From assembly GCA_035504595.1 (NCBI GenBank), contig DATJRQ010000018.1:5204-69203 (forward strand): 64,000 bases of DNA. The letters run 5' to 3'. This document shows positions 1-9,800 of the stretch, one piece after another (the stretch's first letter is position 1; each line of letters begins with the position of its first letter). A program made the position numbers and the translations under genes. The DNA is from Thermoplasmata archaeon. Its GTDB lineage: Archaea > Thermoplasmatota > Thermoplasmata > Lutacidiplasmatales > UBA184. The notes beneath the pieces were generated by a model. That model saw only the letters and a program-made list of their open reading frames with translations, made no database searches and was not told where the DNA came from.

Positions 1-3
1 ATC

Positions 4-771
4 GTGCTCACGCCCACGAAGCAGGTCCGACGACCGGTCGTCCTCGTTACGCCGGACGTCTACGGTCTCACGACCACGGTCCTGGACGGCGCGATCCGCT
101 TCGCCCGGGAAGGATTCGAGGTGTTGATCCCCGACATCGGCAAGACCGACGCGATCGGACCGGGGCATCACGTGGCCCTGCGGGCGGGCGCGCGGTTCGG
201 CGGCGGAGTGTCCGTGCGCTCGAAACGGATCGTCGGACTTCTGCACCTGTACACCGACGCCCTCGCGTCGCTGCGCGGACGTGAGATGGTGGACCCGGCG
301 AAGACGGCCCTGTTCGGTGCCTCCTACGGCGCGAGCCTCGCGCTGGTCCTGGCGTCCCAGGACACGAAGGTGTCGGCGGTGGTCGTCGCCTACCCGTACC
401 CGCTCTCGCCGCCGGACCTCTCCAAGCTCGTGACGGCTCCGCTCTTCTTCATCGGCGGGACCGCCGACCGCACCGCGCAGAAAGCGAAGGCACAGCTGCT
501 CGCGCCGGGACGGCCGGCCTCGTCCACCGTGGAGCGCTTCGAGCCCGTCGGGGTGCGTCACGGGTTCCTCGCCCGAGACCTCGCTGCGTACGACCTGCCC
601 CAGGCCGAACGGGCGTGGGAGAAGGCGCTCGGATTCGCGAAAACGCGACTGATGCCGGCTCCCCCCAAGCCGCCGATGCCGCCCGGCGCGAGGGTGATCG
701 GCGCCACGGGCGCGCCGGCCGTTCCGGGCGGGAGCCGGAATGCCGCTCCCGCTGCGATACTCTCGGACTAG
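4..771 (+). CDS. Dienelactone hydrolase-family alpha/beta hydrolase; the N-terminus may extend upstream of the window
   Basis: ORF translation resembles the DLH family; the ORF begins at the window edge. Family assignment is by visual similarity only. Confidence 0.55.
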   Translation: MLTPTKQVRRPVVLVTPDVYGLTTTVLDGAIRFAREGFEVLIPDIGKTDAIGPGHHVALRAGARFGGGVSVRSKRIVGLLHLYTDALASLRGREMVDPAKTALFGASYGASLALVLASQDTKVSAVVVAYPYPLSPPDLSKLVTAPLFFIGGTADRTAQKAKAQLLAPGRPASSTVERFEPVGVRHGFLARDLAAYDLPQAERAWEKALGFAKTRLMPAPPKPPMPPGARVIGATGAPAVPGGSRNAAPAAILSD

Positions 772-773
772 CC

Positions 774-1220
774 TCAGAGCGAGCCGGGCACGTTCGACGC
801 CGTCTCGACCAGCTCTTTTGCCGCCCGCGTGAACCGCATCAGTTTCGCGAGGTTTCCGCGCACCTTCAGGGTGCCGTCCATGATCGCCTTGACCGGGTCG
901 ACCTCGTGGCGCATCAGCTTCTGCCAGCTCTCGATTGGACCTTCGAACACGAACTCGGAGGAGACGCTCCGTCCGTCCGCATGGAACTCGGCGGAACGGC
1001 AGGCGCCGTTCGCGAGGTCCAGGTGCACGCCGGGCGACGGGTCGCTCGGGTCCGCCGGCTTGACGAGCAGCAGGATGTCCCCGACCCACGCCCTCGCCGC
1101 GTCGCGGTACGCCGCGTTCTCGTTGATCGCCGCGTGGAACGCCGCGGCCCATTCCGCGGAGGGGAACGTCATCGTCGGTCCCAGTCTCCGGTCGTTAAAG
1201 CAGCGGCGGGAACGGCTCAA
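774..1220 (-). CDS. SCP2 (sterol carrier protein-2) domain protein
   Basis: 148-aa ORF with an SCP2-like pattern; 4-nt overlap with the upstream 3-hydroxyacyl-CoA dehydrogenase indicates an operon. Confidence 0.55.
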   Translation of the reverse strand: MSRSRRCFNDRRLGPTMTFPSAEWAAAFHAAINENAAYRDAARAWVGDILLLVKPADPSDPSPGVHLDLANGACRSAEFHADGRSVSSEFVFEGPIESWQKLMRHEVDPVKAIMDGTLKVRGNLAKLMRFTRAAKELVETASNVPGSL

Positions 1221-2185
1221 CCGCTCGCGTACTCGTAGAATCCCTGCCCCGTCTTCCGACCGAGATGGCCCGCGTCAACGAGCCGGCGCAACAGTACCGA
1301 GGGCCGATACTTGGGGTCGCCGAACTCCCGGAACAGCGTCTCGGCGACCTCGAGGGAGACGTCCAGCCCGACCAGGTCCGCCAGCTCGAACGGACCCATC
1401 GGCATCCCCGCGCCGGCCTTCATCGCCGCGTCGATGTCGCGCGAGGAGGCGAGCCCCGACTCAAGCGCGAGGCACGCCTCACCGAGCACCGGCGCGAGCA
1501 GCCGGTTCACCACGAACGCGGGGGATTCCTTGACGCGGATCGGAACGAGCGGGTACCGGTGGTTCTTCAGTCCCTGCAGGAAGTCGACCGTCTCTTGGAC
1601 CACGTCCTCGCGGGTGTCGACCCCGCCCGCGACCTCGACCAGCGGCAGGGTGTACGGCGGGTTGAAGAAGTGCACGACGAGCGTCTCGCGCACGCGCTTC
1701 AGCCCGTGTGCGAGCCGGGTGATCGAGAGCGACGACGTGTTCGACCCGATCACGGCGTGGTCCGGAACGACCGCGTCCAGTGCCTCGAGCACCGGGCGCT
1801 TTACGTCGGCCTGCTCGAACACCGCCTCCACCACGAGGTCGACGTCGTGGAACGACGCGTAGTCGGTGGTTCCGGTGACCCGCGCGACGACCTCGTCGGC
1901 GCGGGCGCGCGTGAACTTCGGCGCGAGCCGCTTCCGGATCGATTCCTGCTGGGCGTCCGACAGGGGCCCGGCGATCTCCGTGATCCGCGCGATCTCCTTC
2001 GGCGCCCGTTCTTCCTGGAAACGGACCAGCTCGTCGACGATCGCTCGGACCTTCGAGCGTCCCTTCTCGACGGTCGGGCCGTCCACGTCCTTCAGCACCA
2101 CGGGGATGCCGTTGAACGCGAGCACCTCGGCGATCGCCGAGCCCATCGTCCCCGCGCCGACCACGCCGGCCTTCTCGACCCGCAT
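1217..2185 (-). CDS. 3-hydroxyacyl-CoA (3-hydroxybutyryl-CoA) dehydrogenase
   Basis: N-terminal Rossmann motif GVVGAGTMGSAIAEVLA, and a body and C-terminal domain typical of the HBD/FadB family. Confidence 0.85.
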   Translation of the reverse strand: MRVEKAGVVGAGTMGSAIAEVLAFNGIPVVLKDVDGPTVEKGRSKVRAIVDELVRFQEERAPKEIARITEIAGPLSDAQQESIRKRLAPKFTRARADEVVARVTGTTDYASFHDVDLVVEAVFEQADVKRPVLEALDAVVPDHAVIGSNTSSLSITRLAHGLKRVRETLVVHFFNPPYTLPLVEVAGGVDTREDVVQETVDFLQGLKNHRYPLVPIRVKESPAFVVNRLLAPVLGEACLALESGLASSRDIDAAMKAGAGMPMGPFELADLVGLDVSLEVAETLFREFGDPKYRPSVLLRRLVDAGHLGRKTGQGFYEYASG

Positions 2186-2232
2186 ATCGCACCGGGGGCG
2201 GGAAGCTCCCGGGCGCTACTTAACGGACGAGA

Positions 2233-2661
2233 TTACGCCCCCGAGAGCGGGCCGCCCGGCCCGCGCCCGCGGCGCCCAAGGTCGGTCATGATCTGGTCGA
2301 ACTGCTCGCGCGTGATCTCGCCGCGGGCGTACCTCTGGCGGGCGGCCATGACAGCGGGGTCCCGGCCCATCCCCCCGCGGTACTGCGAGCGATAGTACGG
2401 ACTCCGGGAACGGCTGCTCCAGAACGCCATCCGGATCACGAAGAAGGAGACCCAGAGCAGGAGGAACAGAAGGAAGAACCCGCCCCAGTACCCGTCGTAC
2501 GGCCGCGGCGCTCCCCCGAAACCAATCGTCCCCGTCACCAGCAACAACGCCACGGTCGCGAGGATCGCGACCATGGCGATCCCGACGATCAGGAGGGCCC
2601 AGAACCGACGGGGTCGGCCGGGGGAAGGATTCGACGCGTACCCGCCACCCGGTCCGTACAC
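2233..2661 (-). CDS. Membrane protein with a C-terminal SHOCT-like domain
   Basis: Hydrophobic core (two predicted TM helices) plus a C-terminal 'ARQRYARGEITREQFDQIMTDL' segment resembling SHOCT. Confidence 0.45.
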   Translation of the reverse strand: MYGPGGGYASNPSPGRPRRFWALLIVGIAMVAILATVALLLVTGTIGFGGAPRPYDGYWGGFFLLFLLLWVSFFVIRMAFWSSRSRSPYYRSQYRGGMGRDPAVMAARQRYARGEITREQFDQIMTDLGRRGRGPGGPLSGA

Positions 2662-2804
2662 GCCGAACTCCGAAGGGCCCAGCGACCCACCCCCTATCTG
2701 AAGCCTTGTCTGCTCGACGTCGAACGTCTCGGGACCGTGCGGCGACTCCGGACGCGGTTCTTCGAGCGAAGCCTTAAGGAGCCGACCGGGCTCGTCACGG
2801 TCGC

Positions 2805-2919
2805 GCGGGGATAGCCCAGCCCGGTAAGGCGCAGGATTGCTAATCCTGTGGTGATTTCACCTCGGGGGTTCAAAGGGGCTCCGGGACCCGCCGGAGCCCG
2901 GGACGTCCCCCTCCCCGCG
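2805..2919 (+). tRNA. tRNA-Ser (anticodon GCU) with a ~31-nt intron in the T-loop (exons ~2805-2874 and 2906-2919)
   Basis: Hand-folded: acceptor GCGGGGA/TCCCCGC; Ser-type 3-bp D-stem GCC/GGC; anticodon stem CAGGA/TCCTG with loop TTGCTAA (U33, GCU, A37); long variable-arm hairpin GGTGA..TCACC; T-stem GGGGG/CCCCC with loop TTCAAA-[intron]-T. The intron GGGGCTCCGGGACCCGCCGGAGCCCGGGACG holds an internal hairpin (GGGCTCCGG/CCGGAGCCC). Discriminator G; no encoded CCA. Confidence 0.7.
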
Positions 2920-2930
2920 TTCCGGTCGCA

Positions 2931-3257
2931 CTATCCCGCGGGCTCGGCCGCCGCCCGGTAGAGGTCGTGGTCCTTTCGCACCGACACGACGGTGCCGGGG
3001 CCCGGCAGGGGTCCCTCCACGACCGCAAGGAGCCGCACCGACTCCGGCATCTCGACCAGGGCGAGCCGGTGGGGTGACGCCCAACCCTCCGCGGGCGCGG
3101 TCAGCTCGGTGCTGACGAGGACCGTGCCGAGCGCCGGCGCGGAGTACGGGTGGACGTCGGTCGAACCGCATCGGGGGCAGCCACCGTCCGTCGGCAGGAA
3201 CCGGGCCTGGCACGCCTCGCAGCGACTGAGCTCGATCGCCTCGGGCGAGGGGGTCAT
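2931..3257 (-). CDS. DUF35-family OB-fold / zinc-ribbon protein, the usual partner of archaeal thiolase-like enzymes
   Basis: Cys4 zinc ribbon (CEAC...CPRCGS) followed by an OB-fold-like C-terminus; 4-nt overlap with the upstream thiolase gene. Confidence 0.7.
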   Translation of the reverse strand: MTPSPEAIELSRCEACQARFLPTDGGCPRCGSTDVHPYSAPALGTVLVSTELTAPAEGWASPHRLALVEMPESVRLLAVVEGPLPGPGTVVSVRKDHDLYRAAAEPAG

Positions 3258-4387
3258 GTTCCGCTCCGTCCGAGAATCGTGACGAAGTTGTGCGACGCGA
3301 TCCCGCCCACCGCCTGGGCCAAGCCGACTCGAGGCGGCGTGGCGACCGCGTGGGCGCCCGCCTCTTCGCGCAACTGAAGGGCAACCTCCGCGATCTCGGC
3401 GAGGCCCGAGGCGGCCACGGGGTGCCCCCGACCCACTACGCCTCCGCTCGGATTCACCGGGATCCGACCGTCGGGGCCCGCGTCCCCACGTGCGAGCGTC
3501 GCCGGTCCCTCCCCCACCTCGCAGAATCCGAGATCTTCCATGTGGATGAAGAGGAACGGGGAGAACGCATCGTGCACTTCGGCGACGGCGACCTCCTTCG
3601 GTCCGACCTTCGCGTTCTCGTACGCACGCTGCGCGGCGACCCGGGTCGCCCCGAAGGTCGTCAGGTCGTTGCGATCGACGACGCGAAGCGCCTCGAAACC
3701 CTGCCCGAGACCGAGGACGCCCGCCGGGCCGTCGCCCTTCTCCAGCACGACGGCGGTGGCGCCGTCCGACATGGCGGAGCAGTGCAGCAGCCGCAAGGGG
3801 CTCGCGACCATCTTGCTCGCCGCGACCTCTTCCAGGGTGACGGGTTTCTGGAAATGGGCGAACGGATTGCGCGCCGCCATCGCCCGCGCGTGTACCGTGG
3901 CGGCGTCGAAGATCGCGGGCGTGCCGCCGTGACGTTGGAGGTACCGCTGCGCGACGATCGCCGCGAGCGCGGGCATCGTCGCGCCGGCCGCGACTTCGGA
4001 GGTGTGCAGCGACGCCGAGAGGTCCCGCGTGTTCTCCGCCGTGGTTCGGTCGGTCATCTTTTCGCCGGCCACGACGAGAGCTCGGTCGAACCGCCCGGTC
4101 TCGATCGCGAGGGCCGCGGCATGGAAGGCCATCGCCCCGGTCGCGCTCGCCCCATCGACCCGGTATCCCGACGCCGATTCAACGCCCAGACGTCCGGCCA
4201 GGCGCGGTAGCAGTGCCTCGGGCCCGTGGGGCCCGTGGGCCATCATCGACCCGACGACCAGCAGGTCGATGGGGCGACGGCCGACCCCCTCGAGGGCGCC
4301 GGCGCCGGCTTCGGCGGCGAGCTCGACGAGACTCTCGGGCCGCTTTCCGAAGCGGACCATCCCGACGGAGGCGACGTGAACGGTCAT
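3254..4387 (-). CDS. Thiolase-family protein (acetyl-CoA C-acetyltransferase / SCP-x-type thiolase)
   Basis: 377-aa ORF with a thiolase-like architecture (active-site Cys region, C-terminal GGxxSHNF-like motif); coupled to the DUF35 gene. Confidence 0.8.
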   Translation of the reverse strand: MTVHVASVGMVRFGKRPESLVELAAEAGAGALEGVGRRPIDLLVVGSMMAHGPHGPEALLPRLAGRLGVESASGYRVDGASATGAMAFHAAALAIETGRFDRALVVAGEKMTDRTTAENTRDLSASLHTSEVAAGATMPALAAIVAQRYLQRHGGTPAIFDAATVHARAMAARNPFAHFQKPVTLEEVAASKMVASPLRLLHCSAMSDGATAVVLEKGDGPAGVLGLGQGFEALRVVDRNDLTTFGATRVAAQRAYENAKVGPKEVAVAEVHDAFSPFLFIHMEDLGFCEVGEGPATLARGDAGPDGRIPVNPSGGVVGRGHPVAASGLAEIAEVALQLREEAGAHAVATPPRVGLAQAVGGIASHNFVTILGRSGT

Positions 4388-4938
4388 GCGGCCGCAGTCG
4401 CCACGGTCGGCATGAAGTACCGCACCTTCTCGAGGAACTCCGAGAGCGGCATTCCCTCGTCCCAGCGGAGGATCCCGTTCCCCTCCCGGGTCGAGTTCAC
4501 GGGCGGGACGCGACGGCAGATCGCGCCCATCGCGCCGCGGTCCGGCGCGCGACTCGCGAGGAAGACACGCCAGCTCTCCTCGGAGCGACGACCCAGCCGG
4601 CGGTACGCGTACAGCACGGTCAACCCCACGCGGCCGACCGCCGCCCGATGGGCGGCGAGCTGCGCCTCGGCGCGGCCGCTGGCGGCGGTGAATCGAATGA
4701 CGTCGTCGGACGACGCCTTCACCTCGAGGGGGAGCGCGAAGTCGTGGCGCATCGCGACCAGGTCGAACCCGAGGGATCCGGCGCCGCGGATGACGAGGAA
4801 CGGTTCGGCAATGAGCCGCTCGAAGGCGGCCCGGGCGCCCGGGGGAAGTCCCCGGGCGTACGCTCGGACGGCGGCCGGCTGTCCCTCCAGGAGCGTGCGC
4901 AGCTCGCGCTCGTACGACGAAGAACTCCGACCGACCAC
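4384..4938 (-). CDS. hjc: Holliday junction resolvase Hjc-like nuclease (start inferred at an internal GTG)
   Basis: The C-terminal ~185 aa of the long minus ORF reads SYERELRTLLE...GFLVIRGAGS..DLVAM...LPLEVKASSDD, matching the Hjc ERELxxxL / DL / EVK catalytic architecture. The upstream part of that ORF is antisense to a real plus-strand gene, so the start was reset to GTG ~4938. Confidence 0.6.
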   Translation of the reverse strand: MVGRSSSSYERELRTLLEGQPAAVRAYARGLPPGARAAFERLIAEPFLVIRGAGSLGFDLVAMRHDFALPLEVKASSDDVIRFTAASGRAEAQLAAHRAAVGRVGLTVLYAYRRLGRRSEESWRVFLASRAPDRGAMGAICRRVPPVNSTREGNGILRWDEGMPLSEFLEKVRYFMPTVATAAA

Positions 4939-4958
4939 GGCCGGGACTCGATTGTGGA

Positions 4959-4968
4959 CCTTTTTAAG
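4959..4968. promoter_or_regulatory. Shared TATA box (cTTTTTAAGa) for the divergent hjc and ATPase genes
   Basis: AT-rich TTTTTAAG lies ~22-24 nt from both the hjc start (4938, minus) and the ATPase GTG start (4990, plus), implying divergent leaderless transcripts. Confidence 0.4.
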
Positions 4969-4989
4969 ATGAAGTTCGAGTAGGTCGGT

Positions 4990-6444
4990 GTGGCCGCGAC
5001 CGCCTCCTTGGAGATCGCGGCGGCCGACGTACCGGTCGCGCGGGTCCTCGCGGCGGTCGTTGCCGACTCGGACCGGCGTCGCACGATCCGGGGCGTCGCG
5101 TCGCAGCCCGCGCGGTTCCGGCTCTCGGAGCTCCGGAGCCGTCTGCTCCGAGACCGAGTCTTCGAGGACTCCAGTCGATTGATCGCGCGCCTGCGGCGCC
5201 GGGGGCTGCTCCTCGAGCTCCCCGAGGGCCGGGGCGACAAGTCGTTCCACATCCCCTACCCGGAGGAACTGCGGCAGCTGCTGCTCGACGAGGTAGCGCG
5301 CTCGGAGGTGGTGGAACCGTCCGCCCTCCAGCCCGTGCCGGACGAGTCGGCGGAGATCCGGTCGATGGATTCCGAGTTCCTCGACCGGCTCCGGGACATC
5401 CTGCATCACCGGCTGGAGGAGACGGTCGAGTTCGGTCGAACGTTCGATGTGGCGAAGCTGTCCGACTACCTCCGGGGCCTCTTCGGAGAGGCCCTGTACT
5501 TCGACTCGTTGATCTCGCTGCTGCAGCAGTACGCTCTGGCCGACGCGCCGCTCCTCGCGCCGACCGGCCGGACGACCGGCGCGACCGGATTCCACCTTGC
5601 CTTGTTCGGGCCGCCCGGCACAGGAAAGACGTTCTCGATCGACGACCTCGTGCGCGGCAACCCCCGGACCGGCGTCCCCGCGCACGGACTCGCCGGTCGC
5701 AACCGCTACTGTGGTGGGATCACGCCCGTCCAGTTCCTCCGGGTCGGTGCTTCCTACACCGGACGGACGTTCAATTTCATCGTGCCCGAGTTCAATGACT
5801 GGTTCAAGTACCGCGGGATGGTCGAACCGCTGAAGCTCGTGATGGAACAGCGCGAGGTGAAGTGGGAAACGACGTTCGGCACGGTGGGCCCGTACACGTT
5901 CCGCTCATTCTTCTCGGTGAACTACAACGTTCGCACCGCCGGGGCCCAGGATTATTGGGCAACGATCGGGGACCCCAACTTCGCGGCGCTGGAGGACCGC
6001 ATGCTGCTGCGGTTCCACCCGATGACCCGGGACCGGTTCCGGGCGGTGGAGGCGAGCGCCGAGCGGCTCGAGCTCGGGGAGATGGACTTCGCCCTCGCCG
6101 GCCCGATCCGGGACCACCTGACGCTCGTGCACGCCATCGAGACGGGTCATCCGCTCGTGGCGGCCAAGTTCCGTTCGAAGGCCGTCCGGCTCGAACGGGC
6201 CCTGTACGACCAACTCCGCGCCGTCTCGGAGAAAGCGCTGAAGACCACCTCGTTCCCGAAGTTCTCGCCCCGGCTCAAGTCGCGCGCCGTTCGACTCGCC
6301 GCGGCCGCGTCCCTGCTCACGTACTTCCGCGACCCGGCGCCCGGACCGATCGCCATCGGAAAGCGCGAGTCCGAGTTCGCCCGGCACTTCTACGAGGAGG
6401 AGATCCGTGCCCGAGAGGGCCGACACGGCCACGTCGCCAACTGA
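4990..6444 (+). CDS. N-terminal winged-helix-like domain + divergent AAA-type P-loop ATPase (family unknown)
   Basis: Walker A FGPPGTGKTF; candidate Walker B NFIVPEF ~46 aa downstream; N-terminal ~190 aa is Arg/Leu-rich and wH-like. GTG start. Confidence 0.6.
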   Translation: MAATASLEIAAADVPVARVLAAVVADSDRRRTIRGVASQPARFRLSELRSRLLRDRVFEDSSRLIARLRRRGLLLELPEGRGDKSFHIPYPEELRQLLLDEVARSEVVEPSALQPVPDESAEIRSMDSEFLDRLRDILHHRLEETVEFGRTFDVAKLSDYLRGLFGEALYFDSLISLLQQYALADAPLLAPTGRTTGATGFHLALFGPPGTGKTFSIDDLVRGNPRTGVPAHGLAGRNRYCGGITPVQFLRVGASYTGRTFNFIVPEFNDWFKYRGMVEPLKLVMEQREVKWETTFGTVGPYTFRSFFSVNYNVRTAGAQDYWATIGDPNFAALEDRMLLRFHPMTRDRFRAVEASAERLELGEMDFALAGPIRDHLTLVHAIETGHPLVAAKFRSKAVRLERALYDQLRAVSEKALKTTSFPKFSPRLKSRAVRLAAAASLLTYFRDPAPGPIAIGKRESEFARHFYEEEIRAREGRHGHVAN

Positions 6445-6874
6445 CGCCCGCGCCGCCGTGCGGTTCCACCGGCCCGCGGACGAGGATGTCCGCCGCGCCG
6501 CCCGTCGGCTCGTCCGTGGCGGCAAGGCGGCGTTTGCGTCTCAGGCCCGATTCCGGGACGCGCTGGTCGCGTCCCTCCGTCGGGACGACCCGATCGCCGT
6601 GATCTCTGGCCGTCGCCTGCGAAGTCTCCTGATCGACGTGCCGGGGGTTCGGATCTCCGTGCGGTACACCGAACGGACGTCCGCGCCTCCCCTGACGGCG
6701 TGCCCGGTCTGCGGGTCCGAGCTGAAGCCGATCCGCAACCAGACCCTTTCGGGAGATTCCGTCGTGCTTGGGCAGCGGTGCGTGCGATGCGACTACTGGA
6801 CGCACCGCACCCGTCGCGTGCCCGTTCGCTATCAGATCACGAGCGCTGGGATCGACGGGCGACGCGTGCGCTGA
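6407..6874 (+). CDS. Small Cys4 zinc-ribbon protein (unknown function), likely a partner of the upstream ATPase
   Basis: CPVCGS...CVRCDYW zinc ribbon. The annotated start overlaps the ATPase end by 38 nt; an alternative GTG at 6458 lies 14 nt after the ATPase stop. Confidence 0.45.
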   Translation: MPERADTATSPTDARAAVRFHRPADEDVRRAARRLVRGGKAAFASQARFRDALVASLRRDDPIAVISGRRLRSLLIDVPGVRISVRYTERTSAPPLTACPVCGSELKPIRNQTLSGDSVVLGQRCVRCDYWTHRTRRVPVRYQITSAGIDGRRVR

Positions 6875-6877
6875 ATC

Positions 6878-9800
6878 CTACGATTCTTGCCAGGGTTCCT
6901 CGGTCGCCGGAGGAGTCTCCTTCACCGGAGGGGTGTACGGGGTCGGAGGAGAGGAAGGCGGTTTGCTCCGAGAGCGACCCGCGGCGAACAACAGCACCGC
7001 GGCCACGGCCGCCCCCACGAGGATTCCCAGGACGAGGGCTTCGTCGAAGCTCGTTCCGAACGTCGAAGCGTTCGAACTCGAGGTCACCGTCAGATGATAC
7101 GTCGCGTTCCACTCCGCCCCGACCTTGTCCTCAATGAACAGCGTCACATTGTACGTGCCGGCGTTCGCGAAGGCGTGAGAGCTTTCGACGCCGTATCCGT
7201 AGGACCCGTCACCGAATCCCCAGACGATCGTGTACGGAGCCGTTCCTCCCGAGATCGACGTGGTGAAGTCGAGGGCAGTGCCCGCAGTTACGCTCGTGCC
7301 CGTGGGGAGCGCGGGACTCGTCGGGCCCGTCGCGACCTGGAATGTCGCGGCGAGAGCCGCGTTCACTGTGACCGTCGTGTAGTTGCTGACCGGTTCCCCT
7401 GCCGCGTCGGTGTAGTGCACCGTTGCAAAGTACGTCCCCGCGGTCGAGTAGGTGTGGTGCACTGTCGTCCCATTCGCCGTGGCGCCGTCTCCGAACGTCC
7501 AGTAGGACGTCCCCGGACTTACTCCCCCGGAAGCGAGGGTAGCAAAGGAAACTGGAATGCCCACGTCGGTGACGTTGGAGGGAGAAGCAGCCACCGCGAC
7601 CGTCGGAAGCGGCTCGACTGTGACCTGGCTGGTGGCGCTGGAAACTCCGCCGCCCGCATCTTTCGTGATGACAGTGAGAAGATACATGCCCGGGGCAGCG
7701 TACACGTGGGACGTGTTTGCGCCCCATGCAGTTGCCCCGTCGCCGAAGGCCCAGCTGTAATTGAATGGCCCCGTACCGCCGGTGACCGAGGCGGTGGCGT
7801 TCAACGTAGCCCCCAGATCTATCGCGGCGGATCCCCCTCCGTTGAGCTCGACCTGGACGGCCAGTGCGGGGTTGACCGAGAGGACGGTCGATGACTGAGT
7901 GGTGTATCCGAGCAAATCTTCAATCGTCGCGGAGATCGTGTAGGTTGCCGCGGATACAACTTTACAGTTGATAGTGGTCGCGTCCTGGCTGACGCACCCC
8001 GTCGGGAGACCGCTGTAGCTGATCGTCGACGGGCCCGCACCGCCCACGAATCCCAGCAGCACCGAGGTGGAGGCGCCGACGTCCACGGGGTTGGGGGTGG
8101 CGGCCAAGAAGGTGATCCGCGGCGGACTCGCGATGATGCTGATTGTGCCGGAAATGAAGTTGGTGACCCAGATCTCGCTGGAACCTTGTGAGTTGCTGCC
8201 CGGGAAGTTCACCGGGGTCGAGTCAATCGGCAATTGCCCGGCGGGGAAGGTCGTGTACGATACCTGGCTCGCTGCTACGGACGACCCATCAATGACTGTG
8301 ATGTTGCCCGGCCAGGGTGGTCCAGAACTCCCGTTCGATGCTACGTAGAGGAACTCTCGGGACGGGTCATACACAATTGACCAGGCGACCACGTGAGGCG
8401 CAATCGGAATCGGACCGGCAACGATACTGCGATTCCCGGGGTTGACAATCCATACGGCTTCGCCGAGCGCGTAGATCTTGTGATCTGCCGAGTCATAAGC
8501 CACCGAGAGCAAGCCGGGAATCGTTGAAATCGGCGCGCCGATGATGCTCCCGTTCGCCCCATTGACAGCGACCAGGGTTGGCGCCGCTGGGTCGGACCGA
8601 TTGACCACAAACAGCGTGTCAGACTCGTTGTCCAGCGCGACCCCCTGGAGGTTCACCGTGCCCGCGGCGATTCTGGTCTGGAGTTGGAGTGTCAGACTCG
8701 GCATGTCAAGGGCATAGAGCCCCGTGATCTTGTTCAGATCCCAGAGTAAGCCGCTCTGCGGGTCGACAATCAGCTGAGTGTTGTTGCCCGCCAAATCTGG
8801 TCCGGTGTTTTCCGAAATGATGCCGCCCGTCTGAGCGTCGACGGCAAGAACTCCGCCCGTGAAGCCAATGTAGATTGTGCCCGTCGCGGGGTCGTCGGCG
8901 AGAGAATTTGGTGTCCCGGGCACAGTCAGAGGGGCGCGGACAGTTTGGAACGTCGTTGCATTCAGCACCGATACTGCATGGCTTGCCCAATCTGCGACGA
9001 ACACGTACCCCGAACCAGGGTCGTACGCAAGAGTCGCGGCCTCTGCGCCCAGATTCGGTGAGAGCTGAACCACGCTCCGTGTCGAGATGTTGGCAACGGT
9101 GATTGTCCGATTCGTGTTGCTCCACACGTAGACAAGCCCGTTTGTTGGATCGAGAGTGAGACGATCCGGAGGCAGCGTCACGTTCAAGGCGATCGGCGTA
9201 ACGAGCCCGGCCCTTGCTTGTACAAGCGAGAGATGAAGGGCAGTTCCGTTCACTGACACGAATTCTGAACCATTCAAACTCGAGATCACAGACGAAACGT
9301 TGAGACCAACCGATGATGTTCCCTCCACAACCTCGGTGCTCGCGTCGTATAGGTTTAGGAGGGTGCTACTAGGTGTCGCGATGGCCAGTAGATTGGTCGA
9401 CGTCGAGTACGCAAGTGCACTTGGAGAAGAAAACAGTCGTATAGGGGGGCTTTCAACGACGAAGTTTTTTGTGACGTTCACTGGGGTGACGTTGTAAGCA
9501 CCCGCGTACACCCCGGAGTTTGCCACGAACACTTCCCCAATCGTCGGTGCGTCCACCAATGCGATAGGAGAAATCCCTACGTGCGGAACCGACTGCAGTA
9601 GCTGGCCGGTTGCGCCATCTATTATTGACAGGTTTCCGGAAGCGGTGTTTGCTACGACCAGATCTTGGGATACCGGGTCGTAGAGAATGTCGTGCGGATC
9701 GCCTCCAACCGGAATCGGTGACCCTACCGTAGTGCCCGTGATCAGACTGTAAGCTACGACCTGGTTCGTCAGTGGTAGGGTCGCGTACAGGTAGCCGTTG

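Noticed and set aside
4939-5685. N-terminal two-thirds of the 433-aa minus ORF containing Hjc
   Set aside because: It is antisense to the plus-strand ATPase, which has a Walker A motif. Only the C-terminal ~185 aa matches Hjc, so the start was reset to an internal GTG.
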